NCBI GenBank assembly: GCA_016649835.1 | Contig: JAENWX010000001.1 | Coordinates: 1 to 47,298 of the forward strand | Length of the DNA stretch: 47,298 nt | Source: Minisyncoccota bacterium | Lineage (GTDB): Bacteria > Patescibacteriota > Minisyncoccia > Phycocordibacterales > UBA9973 | Direction of reading: 5' to 3' | In this document: positions 9,001 to 18,526 of the stretch, one piece after another | How positions within the stretch are numbered: position 1 is the first letter of the stretch | How the letters are laid out: every line of letters starts with the position of its first letter | Notes under the pieces: model-generated | Seen by the model: only the letters and a program-made list of their open reading frames with translations | What the model was told of the DNA's origin: nothing | Databases searched by the model: none | Position numbers and translations under genes: made by a program

Positions 9001-12000
9001 GGTAACACTATTACTACCGGTACAGGTATTCTTACAATATCTGCTGGCAAAACTTTAACTATTTCCGACTCAACAACATTTGGAACTAATGCGATTACTT
9101 TGGCAGGAGGAGAAGTAATAACATTCTCACCCGCTAATGCACTTTCACTTCTAACTACAGGAGGAACTTCTGTTACTTTGCCGACCACCGGCACGCTAGC
9201 TACACTCGCTGGTGCAGAAGCTCTTACAAACAAGACTATTGTTGCAGGTAGTAATACGATTTCAGGAATTATCAATGCTAATCTCTCAGGTACAGCAGGA
9301 ATATCAAACGCAAACCTTGCCAACTCTACTATCAGTGGAATATCTCTCGGCGGAACATTACCCACCCTTACTTTTGGCACCCATCTCTCAGGTATTTCTT
9401 ACAATGGTTCAACAGCGGTAACCATCGCAACAGATGCAACTGATGCAAACACTGCAGGAACTATTGTTTCAAGAGATGCATTTGGTAACTTCTCGGCGGG
9501 AGCAATTACTTCCGGCCTCATCAACTCTCAAACCATTTCCTCAAATGCTTCCTTCACTGGTACGGTTAATGCAGTTACTGGTTACAAATTAAACGGCATT
9601 GCTACTTCTGGTAATGTGCTTCGCGGGGATGGTATCAACTTCGTCAATGCTACTCTCGGTGGCTCTGATATTACTGGTGCAGCTCTTACCAAGACCGATG
9701 ACACCAATATTACTCTTACCCTAGGAGGCACTCCAGCGACTTCACTTTTGCGCGCAACGAGCTTGACCCTTGGCTGGAGTGGGTTACTTTCTCCCGCTCG
9801 TGGTGGTACTGGAGTAAACAACGGCACGAACACCCTTACTTTGGGTGGGAACTTAATTACCTCTGGAGCCTTTGCCACCACTCTCACTACCTCTGGAATC
9901 ACAGCTCTCACTTTGCCGACTTCAGGAACTCTCTATAGTACAGCGACGGGTTCCATCACGTCTCTCTCAGTACTCACTTCCGTATCTGATGAAACTGGCT
10001 CGGGGGCTTTGGTCTTTGCAACTTCTCCAACTCTAGTTACTCCAGTATTAGGAGCAGCAACTGCTACAACTGTTAATGCCTTAACTCTAACTGCAGCTGC
10101 TGATGGTTTCACTATCGCAGGTGGAACAGTATCAAGAACATTAACAGTTACAGGTGCTGATGCTTCAATCTCTGGAACACATACAGGTACATCATCTGGA
10201 ACAAACACTGGCGACAATGCTACCAACTCTCAATACTCAGGTCTTGCAGCTTCTAAATTAGATACTGGACTAGCCTTACTTCTTGCTGGAGGGACTATGA
10301 CAGGTGGAATAACTAACTCTACTTCAGTCAATCCCCTCACAACTCTAGCTGAATCTTGGATTGGGCCGAGTTCAACTACTGGTGTTTATTTCAACGGCGG
10401 CAACGTCGGGATTGGTAATACAAGCCCAGATTCAAAATTAAGTATTAATTCTTCAACAGACAATGTAAGTATTATGACTCTTCGTTTTCCTTCAGGTAGT
10501 AATGCTGATAAAGTTGGAATTTTATTTAAGGGGAATGATGGAACTTATAATATAAATTATGCAGAAATGATTGGTGGAGTAGAAAACTGGTCAAATGATG
10601 ATGGGTTCATTGGTTTTAGAACAGCTAAAGCTACTACCTTAGCAGAAAGAATGAGATTAACTTCAAACGGAACTTTGGAAGTTGGTTTTAATTACACAGG
10701 TACAAGTGGAACATTAGCAAATGGAATGATTGTTGAAGGCAACGTCGGCATCGGGACGACGAATCCTGCACAGAAGTTGCATGTTGAAGGTTCTCCTGCG
10801 ATAGGGACAACTGGTACGGAATCAATGTTGTTATTAGGACGTGCCTTGTCTGGCGGGGTTTCATTTAATCAAGCTGCAGCGTTTAAACTTGGCAGATGGC
10901 AAAATGCGGGAGGTACTTATGAATCATTTACTCGGTTAGATATTGCGTTGAAAGATGATGATGCAGTGAACGATTACAGTACAGACGTAACTGTTATGTC
11001 ATTACAAAACAACGGCAACGTCGGCATCGGGACGACGAGTCCAAACGCTAATTTGGAAGTTGTAGGAGCAACAGGAATTATACAAACTATAAATACAACA
11101 GCAGAAGGACTTGGTTATTTCACTACATTAAAATCTGAATATGCTTCTAATACAGGATATTTAGCGTTTGCTGGTGGTGGTGGTACAGGTAAAGTTATTG
11201 GTGGGGCAGCTTATGGAGTGGATACTGTTCTTTTTGCTAATAATACGGAAAGGGTTAGAATATTAAACAACGGCAACGTCGGCATCGGCACGACGAGTCC
11301 ACAAGCGAAATTACAGATTGGTTCAAATATAAATACTATTCCTGCTTCGACTGCATTAAGTACAGTAGGAGGTACAACTATTCGATTTTTGAATGGCGAT
11401 GGTAATGCTGATTATGGTTCATATTTAGCAAGTGGTGGAACAGCACAACTTACTCTTGGTTCAAGATATGCTTCCATTGATACAGATGTGTTAACTGTAA
11501 ATAACGGCAACGTCGGCATCGGGACGACGGGGCCAGGGGCGAAGTTGGATGTCGTAGGAACATCTGTTGCTGGTGGCGCAGAAGGAATATATGTAAGTAA
11601 CACCACTTCAGGTAATGCAAACAAAGCGCTTCTGGGGGTTACAAGTGCCACATTCTCTTATGGCAGTTTGGGTGGTAATGAGACCGTGTTATTCAACGCG
11701 GCGACATCGCCGATATCATTGGTTACGGCGGATGCCCAACCAATAAAATTCATTACGAATTACGCAGAGGCGATGAGGATACAATCAAACGGCAACGTCG
11801 GCATCGGGACGACGGCACCAGGAGAAAAACTTGAAGTAAATGGAAAAATTAAAGTTTTAGGTGCATTTGGGTCTATTATAGGATACAGGTCATTTGGTTC
11901 AAATTTTAGTATGGATAGCAGTGGAGTTTATACTACGACAGATACTCATGCTAGTTATGGTTATTCAGGTATGGTGGCATCTTGGGGGTCACTTCATTTT

Positions 12001-15000
12001 TTTGCTAATGAAGTAGCAACAACGGCAGGTCAAACAATTACACCATCTGAAAAAATGACAATATTAGGAGCATCAGGCAACGTCGGCATCGGGACGACGA
12101 ATCCGGTGAGCGCTTTGAATGTTGCAGGTACAACAGGATTAACATGGGGAAATGGTAGTTCGCCATCAAAAGGTTTACTGACCGTTGGTTCTCAGGGTAC
12201 GGGAGGAAGTTCTTTGTTCGTTAACACCCCTGGGTATGCATCAACATTTGGTGCTGGGTTTGGGGTTGATGGAACTTTTAGCGGGTCTACTGCAACAATA
12301 AATTTGAAAGCATTTGGAATATTTCCAGGAGATACTGGTTGGGGGTCAAACTTAACATTTTCTACAACCTTAGATAATACTCTCAATGAGAGAATGAGGA
12401 TGGATAAGAACGGCAACGTCGGCATCGGGACGACGGGGCCGACAGCTAAATTAGAGGTTGGAGGTAATTTTATTGGTTCAGCACCAGTTGATGCTATTGT
12501 AATAAGAGCATTAACTGATGGACAGTATCAAGGAGGATTTATAAATTGGAAAGCTAACATTGCTTCCAGTAACTTTTCTTTAAGTAAGATATATGGAGGG
12601 AGAGATAATGTAGAAGCTTCATCTAAATTAGGATTTTTTACTAATAGTGATATTTATAATGTTGCTGACCTATCTTCTGAAAAAATGACTATTTTAGGAA
12701 ACGGCAACGTCGGCATCGGGACGACGAGTCCAGGGTCAAAACTTGATGTGAATGGAACTATCGCTGTTAGACAATCTAGCAATGGAACAAGTGGGACACC
12801 TTTGGAAACCATAGGACTGCTTGGAACTAACAGCTTGGGAAATACTGGTATTCCTATGCCTTCCATAAATTTTGTAAACTCTTGGACTACTAACAATAAT
12901 TCATGGATGAATTTTCATGTTCGTAATAACACTATTGATACTGTTGCAATGACTCTTCTATATAACGGCAACGTCGGCATCGGGACGACGGCACCGATGT
13001 ATAAATTAGATTTGGGCAACACATCACTTGATAGTAATACATTGAGATTTGGTGTTGGGACACGGAATTCAACTGGTGCACAGTATCCTGCCAAAATAGA
13101 TTTATATGTATATGACGCTAATCCTGTTAATCAATATTTAAGATTTTATGCCCCAAACGGTAATCCAAGTGGTGCGACAGAAGCTGATAGACAAACATTG
13201 GGAATGGTCATCAATGGAAACGGCAACGTCGGCATCGGGACGACGAGTCCTGCGACACAAATGCATATTGTTGGCGTGGGTCAAAGAACCGCAGCTTTAA
13301 CTGATGCGGGCGCTAAAGGCTCAACACTTTTTCTTGAGGATCCAACAAGTGATACCGGAACCGGTGGTGCTATAACTTTTGGCGGTGGAGCAGCGAATGG
13401 TAGTGTGCCACAAGCAGCAATAAAACTTCTACTATCTAATGGAGGAGCGAATGGTACGGGTGACCTTGCTTTCTCCACTCGTAATGTGGCGTCAGATGTA
13501 GCTCTAACAGAAAGGATGAGAATATTAAATAACGGCAACGTCGGCATCGGGACGGTGGGACCGGGGGCATTGTTGCATCTTGGCAAAGCAGGGAGTCTTA
13601 ACGAATCTGATACTGCGTTTGACTTAGCCGACTCTGATACTCTGCTTAAATTGGAAAACACTGGTCCATCTTATGGCTCAGAAACAGCTTTGTCTTTAGG
13701 TGCAACGGTTTCTTCTGCCTACAGGCCAGCTGGACTCATTACGGGTAAATTTTGGGGACCCTCCGACTTTAACAGTGGACGTCTCGGATTCTCAACATCA
13801 AATTCTGGCACACTTGGCTTGCGTATGGTGATTGATGAAACTGGCAACGTCGGCATCGGGACGACGAGTCCACAAGTTCCATTAACTATTTATGGCTCTT
13901 CTGGAAATGTTGATATAAATGTAGGGAGTAGAAATGGAGTAGCGACTGGAAAAGCATTAGTATTAAGATATAATTTAACTGATGACTATGGACAGATTGC
14001 TAGTTATGATTATGCAACAGGTGCAAAAAATTTAGTTATTAACCCAATTGGTGGCAACGTCGGCATCGGGACGACGGCACCACAAGCCAAGCTGACTATA
14101 AAGGGTAATCAATTATTTGCGGGTAATCCCGATATTGGTTCTTACGGGAAGTTAGAAGCTGTCTATGATGGAAACATTGCTACTTACGGCACAGCTGCGA
14201 GTATAGATTTTTATCGTCCGATAGCAACATACGGTAATGAAGGAGAAATTCGTTTTAGCACCAGTCCAGGAGTAGGTGGTGTATCAACTCCAACACAGAG
14301 AATGGTAATAGATAAGAATGGCAACGTCGGCATCGGGATGACGGCACCGGGGGCGAAGTTGGATGTTGTATACCCAGGTACTATCGGAACATCTTTAACA
14401 ACTTTAAGGGCATTTGGATATGATGCAGATAGTTATTTTAGTGTGTCAAATGACGCAAATAATTCAGCAAATGTTGCGCTTTACAGGTCTGATACAATAA
14501 AGATGTTTGAGGTTCTTGGTCATACCGGTAAAGCATATTTTAACGGCAACGTCGGCATCGGGACGACGGGGCCGAGTGGCAAACTCGATGTTGCTGGTGG
14601 TACGGCATATTTCTCTGGTCTAAGTACAGCCGCGCGTCAAGTGATTGGTCTTTCTAGTGATGGAGTTACAAATCAAATTCAATCAACTTATCTAGGTGCT
14701 TCTAGCTTCGTGCCTCTGGCGTTTCAAGTTGGTGGGGGGGAAAAGGTCAGAATATTAACAAACGGCAACGTCGGCATCGGGACGACGGGGCCGACGTATA
14801 AATTAGAAGTGAACGGAGGAGCCACTTCCCCTTTATCTGTTTATTCAAGCAGCGATTATCAGTTAGGGCTAAGGAATACAGGAGATGCTGGTGGTTGGTG
14901 GCTTAAGAGCTATGGTGCGGGAGCATTTGCTTTACATGAAAATGGAATTGGAGATAAATTAACTTTTGATGATAGTGCAACTGGAAATGTGTATTTTCAA

Positions 15001-16026
15001 AACATAGGCAACGTCGGCATCGGGACGACGAATCCGAGTACAAATAAATTGGTTGTCGTCGGAGATATAAGAGTTGGAACAACTGGTACAGATGGTTGTA
15101 TACAAAGATTCGATGGTACAGCTCTCACCGGTTCTTGTTCATCAGATATTAGATTAAAGAAAGACATTAATTCTATCACAGGAGTTTTAGAAAACTTTGT
15201 TAACCTAAATCCAGTTACTTACAAATGGAGAGCTGATGAGTACCCAGAGAGAGGATTTGGTACAGGTATGGTTACAGGTTTAATTGCTCAAGAAGTAGAA
15301 GGTATCTTTCCTGAATTAGTAAACAAAGACAGTCAGGACTTCTTTACAGTAGACTACGGAGTGAATTTACAAATGCTATCCATACAAGCGATTAAGGAAC
15401 TCAATTTGAAAGTGGAAGATTTGTCTTCGCTTGATATAAAAAATCCTACTTCATTTGGATCTCTTATTAAATATTTCTTAGCCGATATTAGTAATGGCTT
15501 AGAGAAGATTTTTGTTAAAGAGGTAAATACTGACACTTTGTGTGTTTACGATGCTACAGGAGCCAAAACCTGTATAAATAAGGCTCAATTGGACGCATTG
15601 TTGGTTGGTGTCGGAACGACTTATAGTGGTTCCAGTAGTAGTTCAAGTGAGAGTAATGTTGTTCTATCAAGTTTTGATGAGAATTTAGTAAATGCTAAAA
15701 CAGAAGCCAATGGAAAAATAGAAACAGATTATACATCAGAAAGTTGGGGAACATTTAATTCAGCATTAACTCTAGATTTAGAATTATCAGAGACAAATGA
15801 TGAAGAAAAAATTACAAAAACAAATGCCATCAATGATGCAATTTCAGGATTAGAATTATTAATAGTGGAAGAAGTTGTTGATGTACTACCAGAGGAAGTT
15901 CCTCCAGCTGAAGAGCCGGTGGTTGAAGCTCCAGCGGAAGAACCCGTAGTTGAAGCTCCAGCGGAAGAGCCGGTAGTTGAGCCAACAGCAGTTGAAACGA
16001 TAGTTGAGCCAGCTCCAGTAGAATAA
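6004..16026 (+). CDS. Giant (~3340 aa) membrane-anchored repetitive surface protein: HTH-like N-terminus, one TM, and a Peptidase S74-like intramolecular chaperone motif in the C-terminal region
   Basis: One uninterrupted ORF; the track starts at TTG 5968 and the first ATG is 6004. The N-terminus LSLNQAAEISGYTQDYLGYLVRIGEIKGVKKGGVWFITKEEL resembles an excisionase/MerR-type HTH, followed by the TM FLVSALIIFVGLSSVGAYLF. A T/G/S/N-rich region follows, then 17 modules containing NGNVGIGTT. CSSDIRLKKDI...LIAQEVEGIFPELV matches the tail-fibre autoproteolysis motif. Confidence 0.85.
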   Translation: MQLLDNIISLNQAAEISGYTQDYLGYLVRIGEIKGVKKGGVWFITKEELNDYLLKKKPIQTDSNTKDFFQKIWHKKIDVKDFISHLSPRNFLVSALIIFVGLSSVGAYLFEKNNYNQTLSSAFQSFVLSDHTEEVKANKIGDLLSNVSDGLAYGWSEFTFEILDDIKNSTNTTKELVAFVGAEVANRVQLVGDRITSVLNNTKKFFTNTKKFVAVVKTPVPDRKVPLGSSLKASAIDSLKSGSDSLTSISTGLANGWITFTDWILNNIKNSIIGTKEFAVSVGDGAKFVGNSITNEITSQRTVISAWGHSIPSKIVSIWNSTKKFVIDFISQPPKLIVKSPIVIPPSLTTTAPTIKVEVPEPEASSIAGSQRPATSASGSTTIIQRIYEQPQTTIINQVDPTLFSRIQGIELALLNNISHNSNQTNRIYDSVGRSISGASNNITEEGTLNNTTINDATLVNFTSTGNALFTKVPTLAHAFDPSWPSDISNVSNSSLYINPASSVLDGNLLGLAVGGVVKFLVDTEGDIYGNSLILTGSVTQGNTTVENLTVGGNIILGDASTDTLTINSANWTFANDTNFALSGGLNGLSFDTDTLFIDSLNHRIGIGTTNPGSKLEVAGTFSQTGANTFGTGTGVISLNGATTITGINTFTTGTGTVEFKNVSTNISSINPVIDTTDATSTLSINTVTNRPTTFGTGLVTIPNLLITNSQGNNGTMGITSSATTETIFSVTGASLTSGTGIAENITANANNGEITKGHTITITDATVGGGGYTALSISTSGAGVGLGNKYLLDMNPGANKEVVFDSAGAFRPTTSVASNTNTIGSSDFYWKNGYFDQITANNISGVVVGGATSSTSWTIGSTQVADVNESLIFYRNNLGAGNASLQWNAGAGDLRHFTVNYPFNATYTVNDTSITTGVNLYSGNLVNNTTTGTQKLLSLTNTGTGTTETGIYIGNTGTGTTALEVAGTWTNGIITNNNSINAGSGAITGGAGTFTTLNGNTITTGTGILTISAGKTLTISDSTTFGTNAITLAGGEVITFSPANALSLLTTGGTSVTLPTTGTLATLAGAEALTNKTIVAGSNTISGIINANLSGTAGISNANLANSTISGISLGGTLPTLTFGTHLSGISYNGSTAVTIATDATDANTAGTIVSRDAFGNFSAGAITSGLINSQTISSNASFTGTVNAVTGYKLNGIATSGNVLRGDGINFVNATLGGSDITGAALTKTDDTNITLTLGGTPATSLLRATSLTLGWSGLLSPARGGTGVNNGTNTLTLGGNLITSGAFATTLTTSGITALTLPTSGTLYSTATGSITSLSVLTSVSDETGSGALVFATSPTLVTPVLGAATATTVNALTLTAAADGFTIAGGTVSRTLTVTGADASISGTHTGTSSGTNTGDNATNSQYSGLAASKLDTGLALLLAGGTMTGGITNSTSVNPLTTLAESWIGPSSTTGVYFNGGNVGIGNTSPDSKLSINSSTDNVSIMTLRFPSGSNADKVGILFKGNDGTYNINYAEMIGGVENWSNDDGFIGFRTAKATTLAERMRLTSNGTLEVGFNYTGTSGTLANGMIVEGNVGIGTTNPAQKLHVEGSPAIGTTGTESMLLLGRALSGGVSFNQAAAFKLGRWQNAGGTYESFTRLDIALKDDDAVNDYSTDVTVMSLQNNGNVGIGTTSPNANLEVVGATGIIQTINTTAEGLGYFTTLKSEYASNTGYLAFAGGGGTGKVIGGAAYGVDTVLFANNTERVRILNNGNVGIGTTSPQAKLQIGSNINTIPASTALSTVGGTTIRFLNGDGNADYGSYLASGGTAQLTLGSRYASIDTDVLTVNNGNVGIGTTGPGAKLDVVGTSVAGGAEGIYVSNTTSGNANKALLGVTSATFSYGSLGGNETVLFNAATSPISLVTADAQPIKFITNYAEAMRIQSNGNVGIGTTAPGEKLEVNGKIKVLGAFGSIIGYRSFGSNFSMDSSGVYTTTDTHASYGYSGMVASWGSLHFFANEVATTAGQTITPSEKMTILGASGNVGIGTTNPVSALNVAGTTGLTWGNGSSPSKGLLTVGSQGTGGSSLFVNTPGYASTFGAGFGVDGTFSGSTATINLKAFGIFPGDTGWGSNLTFSTTLDNTLNERMRMDKNGNVGIGTTGPTAKLEVGGNFIGSAPVDAIVIRALTDGQYQGGFINWKANIASSNFSLSKIYGGRDNVEASSKLGFFTNSDIYNVADLSSEKMTILGNGNVGIGTTSPGSKLDVNGTIAVRQSSNGTSGTPLETIGLLGTNSLGNTGIPMPSINFVNSWTTNNNSWMNFHVRNNTIDTVAMTLLYNGNVGIGTTAPMYKLDLGNTSLDSNTLRFGVGTRNSTGAQYPAKIDLYVYDANPVNQYLRFYAPNGNPSGATEADRQTLGMVINGNGNVGIGTTSPATQMHIVGVGQRTAALTDAGAKGSTLFLEDPTSDTGTGGAITFGGGAANGSVPQAAIKLLLSNGGANGTGDLAFSTRNVASDVALTERMRILNNGNVGIGTVGPGALLHLGKAGSLNESDTAFDLADSDTLLKLENTGPSYGSETALSLGATVSSAYRPAGLITGKFWGPSDFNSGRLGFSTSNSGTLGLRMVIDETGNVGIGTTSPQVPLTIYGSSGNVDINVGSRNGVATGKALVLRYNLTDDYGQIASYDYATGAKNLVINPIGGNVGIGTTAPQAKLTIKGNQLFAGNPDIGSYGKLEAVYDGNIATYGTAASIDFYRPIATYGNEGEIRFSTSPGVGGVSTPTQRMVIDKNGNVGIGMTAPGAKLDVVYPGTIGTSLTTLRAFGYDADSYFSVSNDANNSANVALYRSDTIKMFEVLGHTGKAYFNGNVGIGTTGPSGKLDVAGGTAYFSGLSTAARQVIGLSSDGVTNQIQSTYLGASSFVPLAFQVGGGEKVRILTNGNVGIGTTGPTYKLEVNGGATSPLSVYSSSDYQLGLRNTGDAGGWWLKSYGAGAFALHENGIGDKLTFDDSATGNVYFQNIGNVGIGTTNPSTNKLVVVGDIRVGTTGTDGCIQRFDGTALTGSCSSDIRLKKDINSITGVLENFVNLNPVTYKWRADEYPERGFGTGMVTGLIAQEVEGIFPELVNKDSQDFFTVDYGVNLQMLSIQAIKELNLKVEDLSSLDIKNPTSFGSLIKYFLADISNGLEKIFVKEVNTDTLCVYDATGAKTCINKAQLDALLVGVGTTYSGSSSSSSESNVVLSSFDENLVNAKTEANGKIETDYTSESWGTFNSALTLDLELSETNDEEKITKTNAINDAISGLELLIVEEVVDVLPEEVPPAEEPVVEAPAEEPVVEAPAEEPVVEPTAVETIVEPAPVE
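10738..15030 (+). repeat. 17 in-frame copies of the GC-rich core GGCAACGTCGGCATCGGGACGACG
   Basis: Core starts at 10738, 11014, 11272, 11506, 11791, 12076, 12412, 12703, 12967, 13222, 13534, 13843, 14053, 14320, 14545, 14764 and 15007. Fourteen copies are identical over 24 nt and three differ by 1-2 nt. Spacings of 210-336 nt are all multiples of 3. Confidence 0.95.
15907..15987 (+). repeat. 27-nt tandem repeat x3 encoding AEEPVVEAP
   Basis: Read directly at the extreme C-terminus of the giant ORF. Confidence 0.85.
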
Positions 16027-16174
16027 CGGGTTTTAAGTAGATTTATGCACATTGCGTATTCTGGTCATATTTGTTTATATTGTGTATAATTAAACAATCA
16101 AATCAATCAATAATATTATTCATTAATTATATATAAGTCACCTTGTGTAAAGTTTCGGTGAACCCAACAAAAAA

Positions 16175-18508
16175 ATGGAATCAAAAAAAGTAGAATTTTT
16201 TAATAAATTGTCGTTCGTTATATTATTAGTTACAATATTCCTCTCTTTATTTTTCTTCATCCCTTACACTCCAGTAACACTCGAAGCAAGTAAAGGATTT
16301 CTCTTATCTGTCGGAGCAACTCTCTCTTTATTTTTTTGGTTAATTTCTAGACTAGGTGATGGTAAATTTGTATTTCCTAAAGATAAATTGATTTTATTTG
16401 CAATGATTATTCCTTTGGTATTTCTTATTGCATCATTTTTCTCCTCATCTCTTTATATTTCACTTTTTGGTAGTGGCTTTGAAATTGGAACATTTGGGTC
16501 TATGTTAACACTTTTTATTATTTTCTTTTTATCATCAATTTATTTTCAGTCAGAGAAACGTTTATGGTATTTTATAAGGGCTTTGTTTATAGGTGGATTA
16601 ATTTTGGTTTTATTTGAGGTTTTAAGTTTATTTATTGATTTTGACCATATTTTACCAGGATTTTTACAGGGGGTATCCTCTGGCAATCTAGTGGGTAGTT
16701 GGAATAATTTTGCTTTATTGCTTGGTATTATTGTTTTACTAGCAGTCTTTACTATTGAATTATTAAATACAAAGGTAATATTTAAAATAGCACAATATTT
16801 ATTATTATTATTGGGAATATTATTACTTGTTATAATTAATATTTCATTGGTATGGTTATTAGTTGGATTATTTTCTTTGATTATTTTTGTTTACAGTCTA
16901 TCTATACAGCACTCAGGAAACAAAATTATTCAAGGAGAAAGTAATAAAAAAAGATTTCCTTTTATCTCATTGCTTGTTATTTTTATTTCTTTTATTTCCT
17001 TGGTTGGTAGTAATTTAGTAGGTGGTTTTATTTCTAATTATGTAAGTCTTAATAATCTAGATATTCGTCCTTCTATTACTACTACATCTCAAATTGCATA
17101 TAAGGCCATTAAACATAATCCTTTCTTAGGGACTGGTCCAAACACTTTTGTCATTGATTGGGCTCTTTGGCAACCAAAAGATATAGCTCAAACAGTTTTT
17201 TGGAACGTTGATTTTACAAATGGTTATAGTTTATTGACTACTTTTGCTGTAACTACTGGTTTACTTGGTCTTGTCGCAATGTTATTTTTCTTGGTTATAT
17301 ATGTTACAAGAAGTATTCAATCAATTCGCATAGCCTTGCAGAATACACTCTCAAATTATTTCATAATGACGACATTAATGATTTCAATATATTCGTGGAT
17401 TACCGTTATCTTTTATAATCCTAATATTGTAATGTTAATGTTAGCTTTCTGCTCGAGTGGAATGTTGATTGGAATATTAGTTTATAAACAAGCAATTCCA
17501 GTTAAGGATTTTTCTTTCTTATCTGACCCTCGTAATAGTTTCTTCTCTATATTAGGTTTGGTAGTTTTGATGGTTGCTACCGCTTCTTTAACTTATATTT
17601 ATATTGAAAAGTTTACTTCAATTATATATTTTTCTAAAGGTTTAAATAGTACTGGTACCATGGAGTCACTATCTAATTCAGAAGGAATGTTTTTAAGGGC
17701 TATTTCTTTAGATAAAAATGATATTTATTATCGAGCATTATCTCAAGTATATTTAAACCAGATTGGAGTCTTAGCTAATGATAAAACAATTTCTCCAGAT
17801 ATATTAAAATCAAGTCTTCAACAGCTGGTTAATAACGCTCAACAATCGGCTAGTTTAGCTGTAAGCCAAAATCCAAAACAATATCTTAATTATGTAAATC
17901 TTGGCGATATTTATGGCGCCTTGATACCTTTATCGGTTACTAATAGTTATGAGAGTGCTATTGTTGCCTACGATAAAGCTATTATATTAGCTCCTAATAA
18001 TCCATCTATACTTTTAGCAAAAGCTTCGCTTGAATTTGTAAATAAAAATAATAGTGAAGCAAGAAAGTTTATAAAACAAGCTCTTGATTTGAAGGTTAAT
18101 TATATAGATGCGATTTTCCTTTTAGTTCAAATAGAAACAAATGAAGGAAATTTAGCTGAAGCTATTAAACAAGCTGAATATGCAGGAGAAATGGTTCCTA
18201 ATGACCCTACTATTTTCTTTAGATTAGGATTATTAAGATATAATAATAGTGATTACAAAGGCGCTGTCAGTGCCTTTGAGAAAGCTGTTATCTTGAATAA
18301 TAGTTACTTAAATGCTCGTTATTTCCTTGGGCAATCGTATAAAAAAGTTGGGCGAACAAGTGATGCTCTAATACAATTCAATATTCTAAATAAAATTGCT
18401 CCAGATAATCAAGAAATAAAAGATGCCATAAGGTCAATCAATGCACCAGAACTAGAACCAGAACCAGAAACTAGTAGTACAAAACCACCATTAGAAGAAA
18501 AACAATAA
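16175..18508 (+). CDS. Polytopic membrane protein (O-antigen ligase/Wzy-like core suspected) with C-terminal TPR repeats
   Basis: 777 aa with about 12 hydrophobic helices and an NPFLGTGPNTF loop motif. The C-terminal ~270 aa has TPR-like A/Y/L periodicity (AIVAYDKAIILAPNN..., AVSAFEKAVILNNSY...). Confidence 0.5.
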   Translation: MESKKVEFFNKLSFVILLVTIFLSLFFFIPYTPVTLEASKGFLLSVGATLSLFFWLISRLGDGKFVFPKDKLILFAMIIPLVFLIASFFSSSLYISLFGSGFEIGTFGSMLTLFIIFFLSSIYFQSEKRLWYFIRALFIGGLILVLFEVLSLFIDFDHILPGFLQGVSSGNLVGSWNNFALLLGIIVLLAVFTIELLNTKVIFKIAQYLLLLLGILLLVIINISLVWLLVGLFSLIIFVYSLSIQHSGNKIIQGESNKKRFPFISLLVIFISFISLVGSNLVGGFISNYVSLNNLDIRPSITTTSQIAYKAIKHNPFLGTGPNTFVIDWALWQPKDIAQTVFWNVDFTNGYSLLTTFAVTTGLLGLVAMLFFLVIYVTRSIQSIRIALQNTLSNYFIMTTLMISIYSWITVIFYNPNIVMLMLAFCSSGMLIGILVYKQAIPVKDFSFLSDPRNSFFSILGLVVLMVATASLTYIYIEKFTSIIYFSKGLNSTGTMESLSNSEGMFLRAISLDKNDIYYRALSQVYLNQIGVLANDKTISPDILKSSLQQLVNNAQQSASLAVSQNPKQYLNYVNLGDIYGALIPLSVTNSYESAIVAYDKAIILAPNNPSILLAKASLEFVNKNNSEARKFIKQALDLKVNYIDAIFLLVQIETNEGNLAEAIKQAEYAGEMVPNDPTIFFRLGLLRYNNSDYKGAVSAFEKAVILNNSYLNARYFLGQSYKKVGRTSDALIQFNILNKIAPDNQEIKDAIRSINAPELEPEPETSSTKPPLEEKQ

Positions 18509-18526
18509 TAATTCTTTAAATTAGAA

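Noticed and set aside
10738-15030. A regularly spaced identical 24-27 nt repeat could be flagged as a CRISPR array by repeat finders.
   Set aside because: The repeats lie in frame in one long ORF and encode a conserved peptide. Spacings of 210-336 nt are all multiples of 3 and far longer than CRISPR spacers. No cas genes or leader are present.
15136-15425. The Peptidase S74 / tail-fibre chaperone motif as evidence for a prophage.
   Set aside because: There are no capsid, terminase, portal, integrase or other tail genes on either side, and the flanks are leuS and cell-envelope genes. It is more likely a cellular fibre that uses the same folding module.
6567-15536. About 15 antisense or alternate-frame ORFs of 60-173 aa inside the giant gene (for example 8859-9380 and 13281-13661, minus strand).
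   Set aside because: They are nested in a continuous 10-kb ORF with clear domain logic. Their translations are low-complexity P/V/A-rich mirror images typical of antisense reading of G/T/S-rich repeats.
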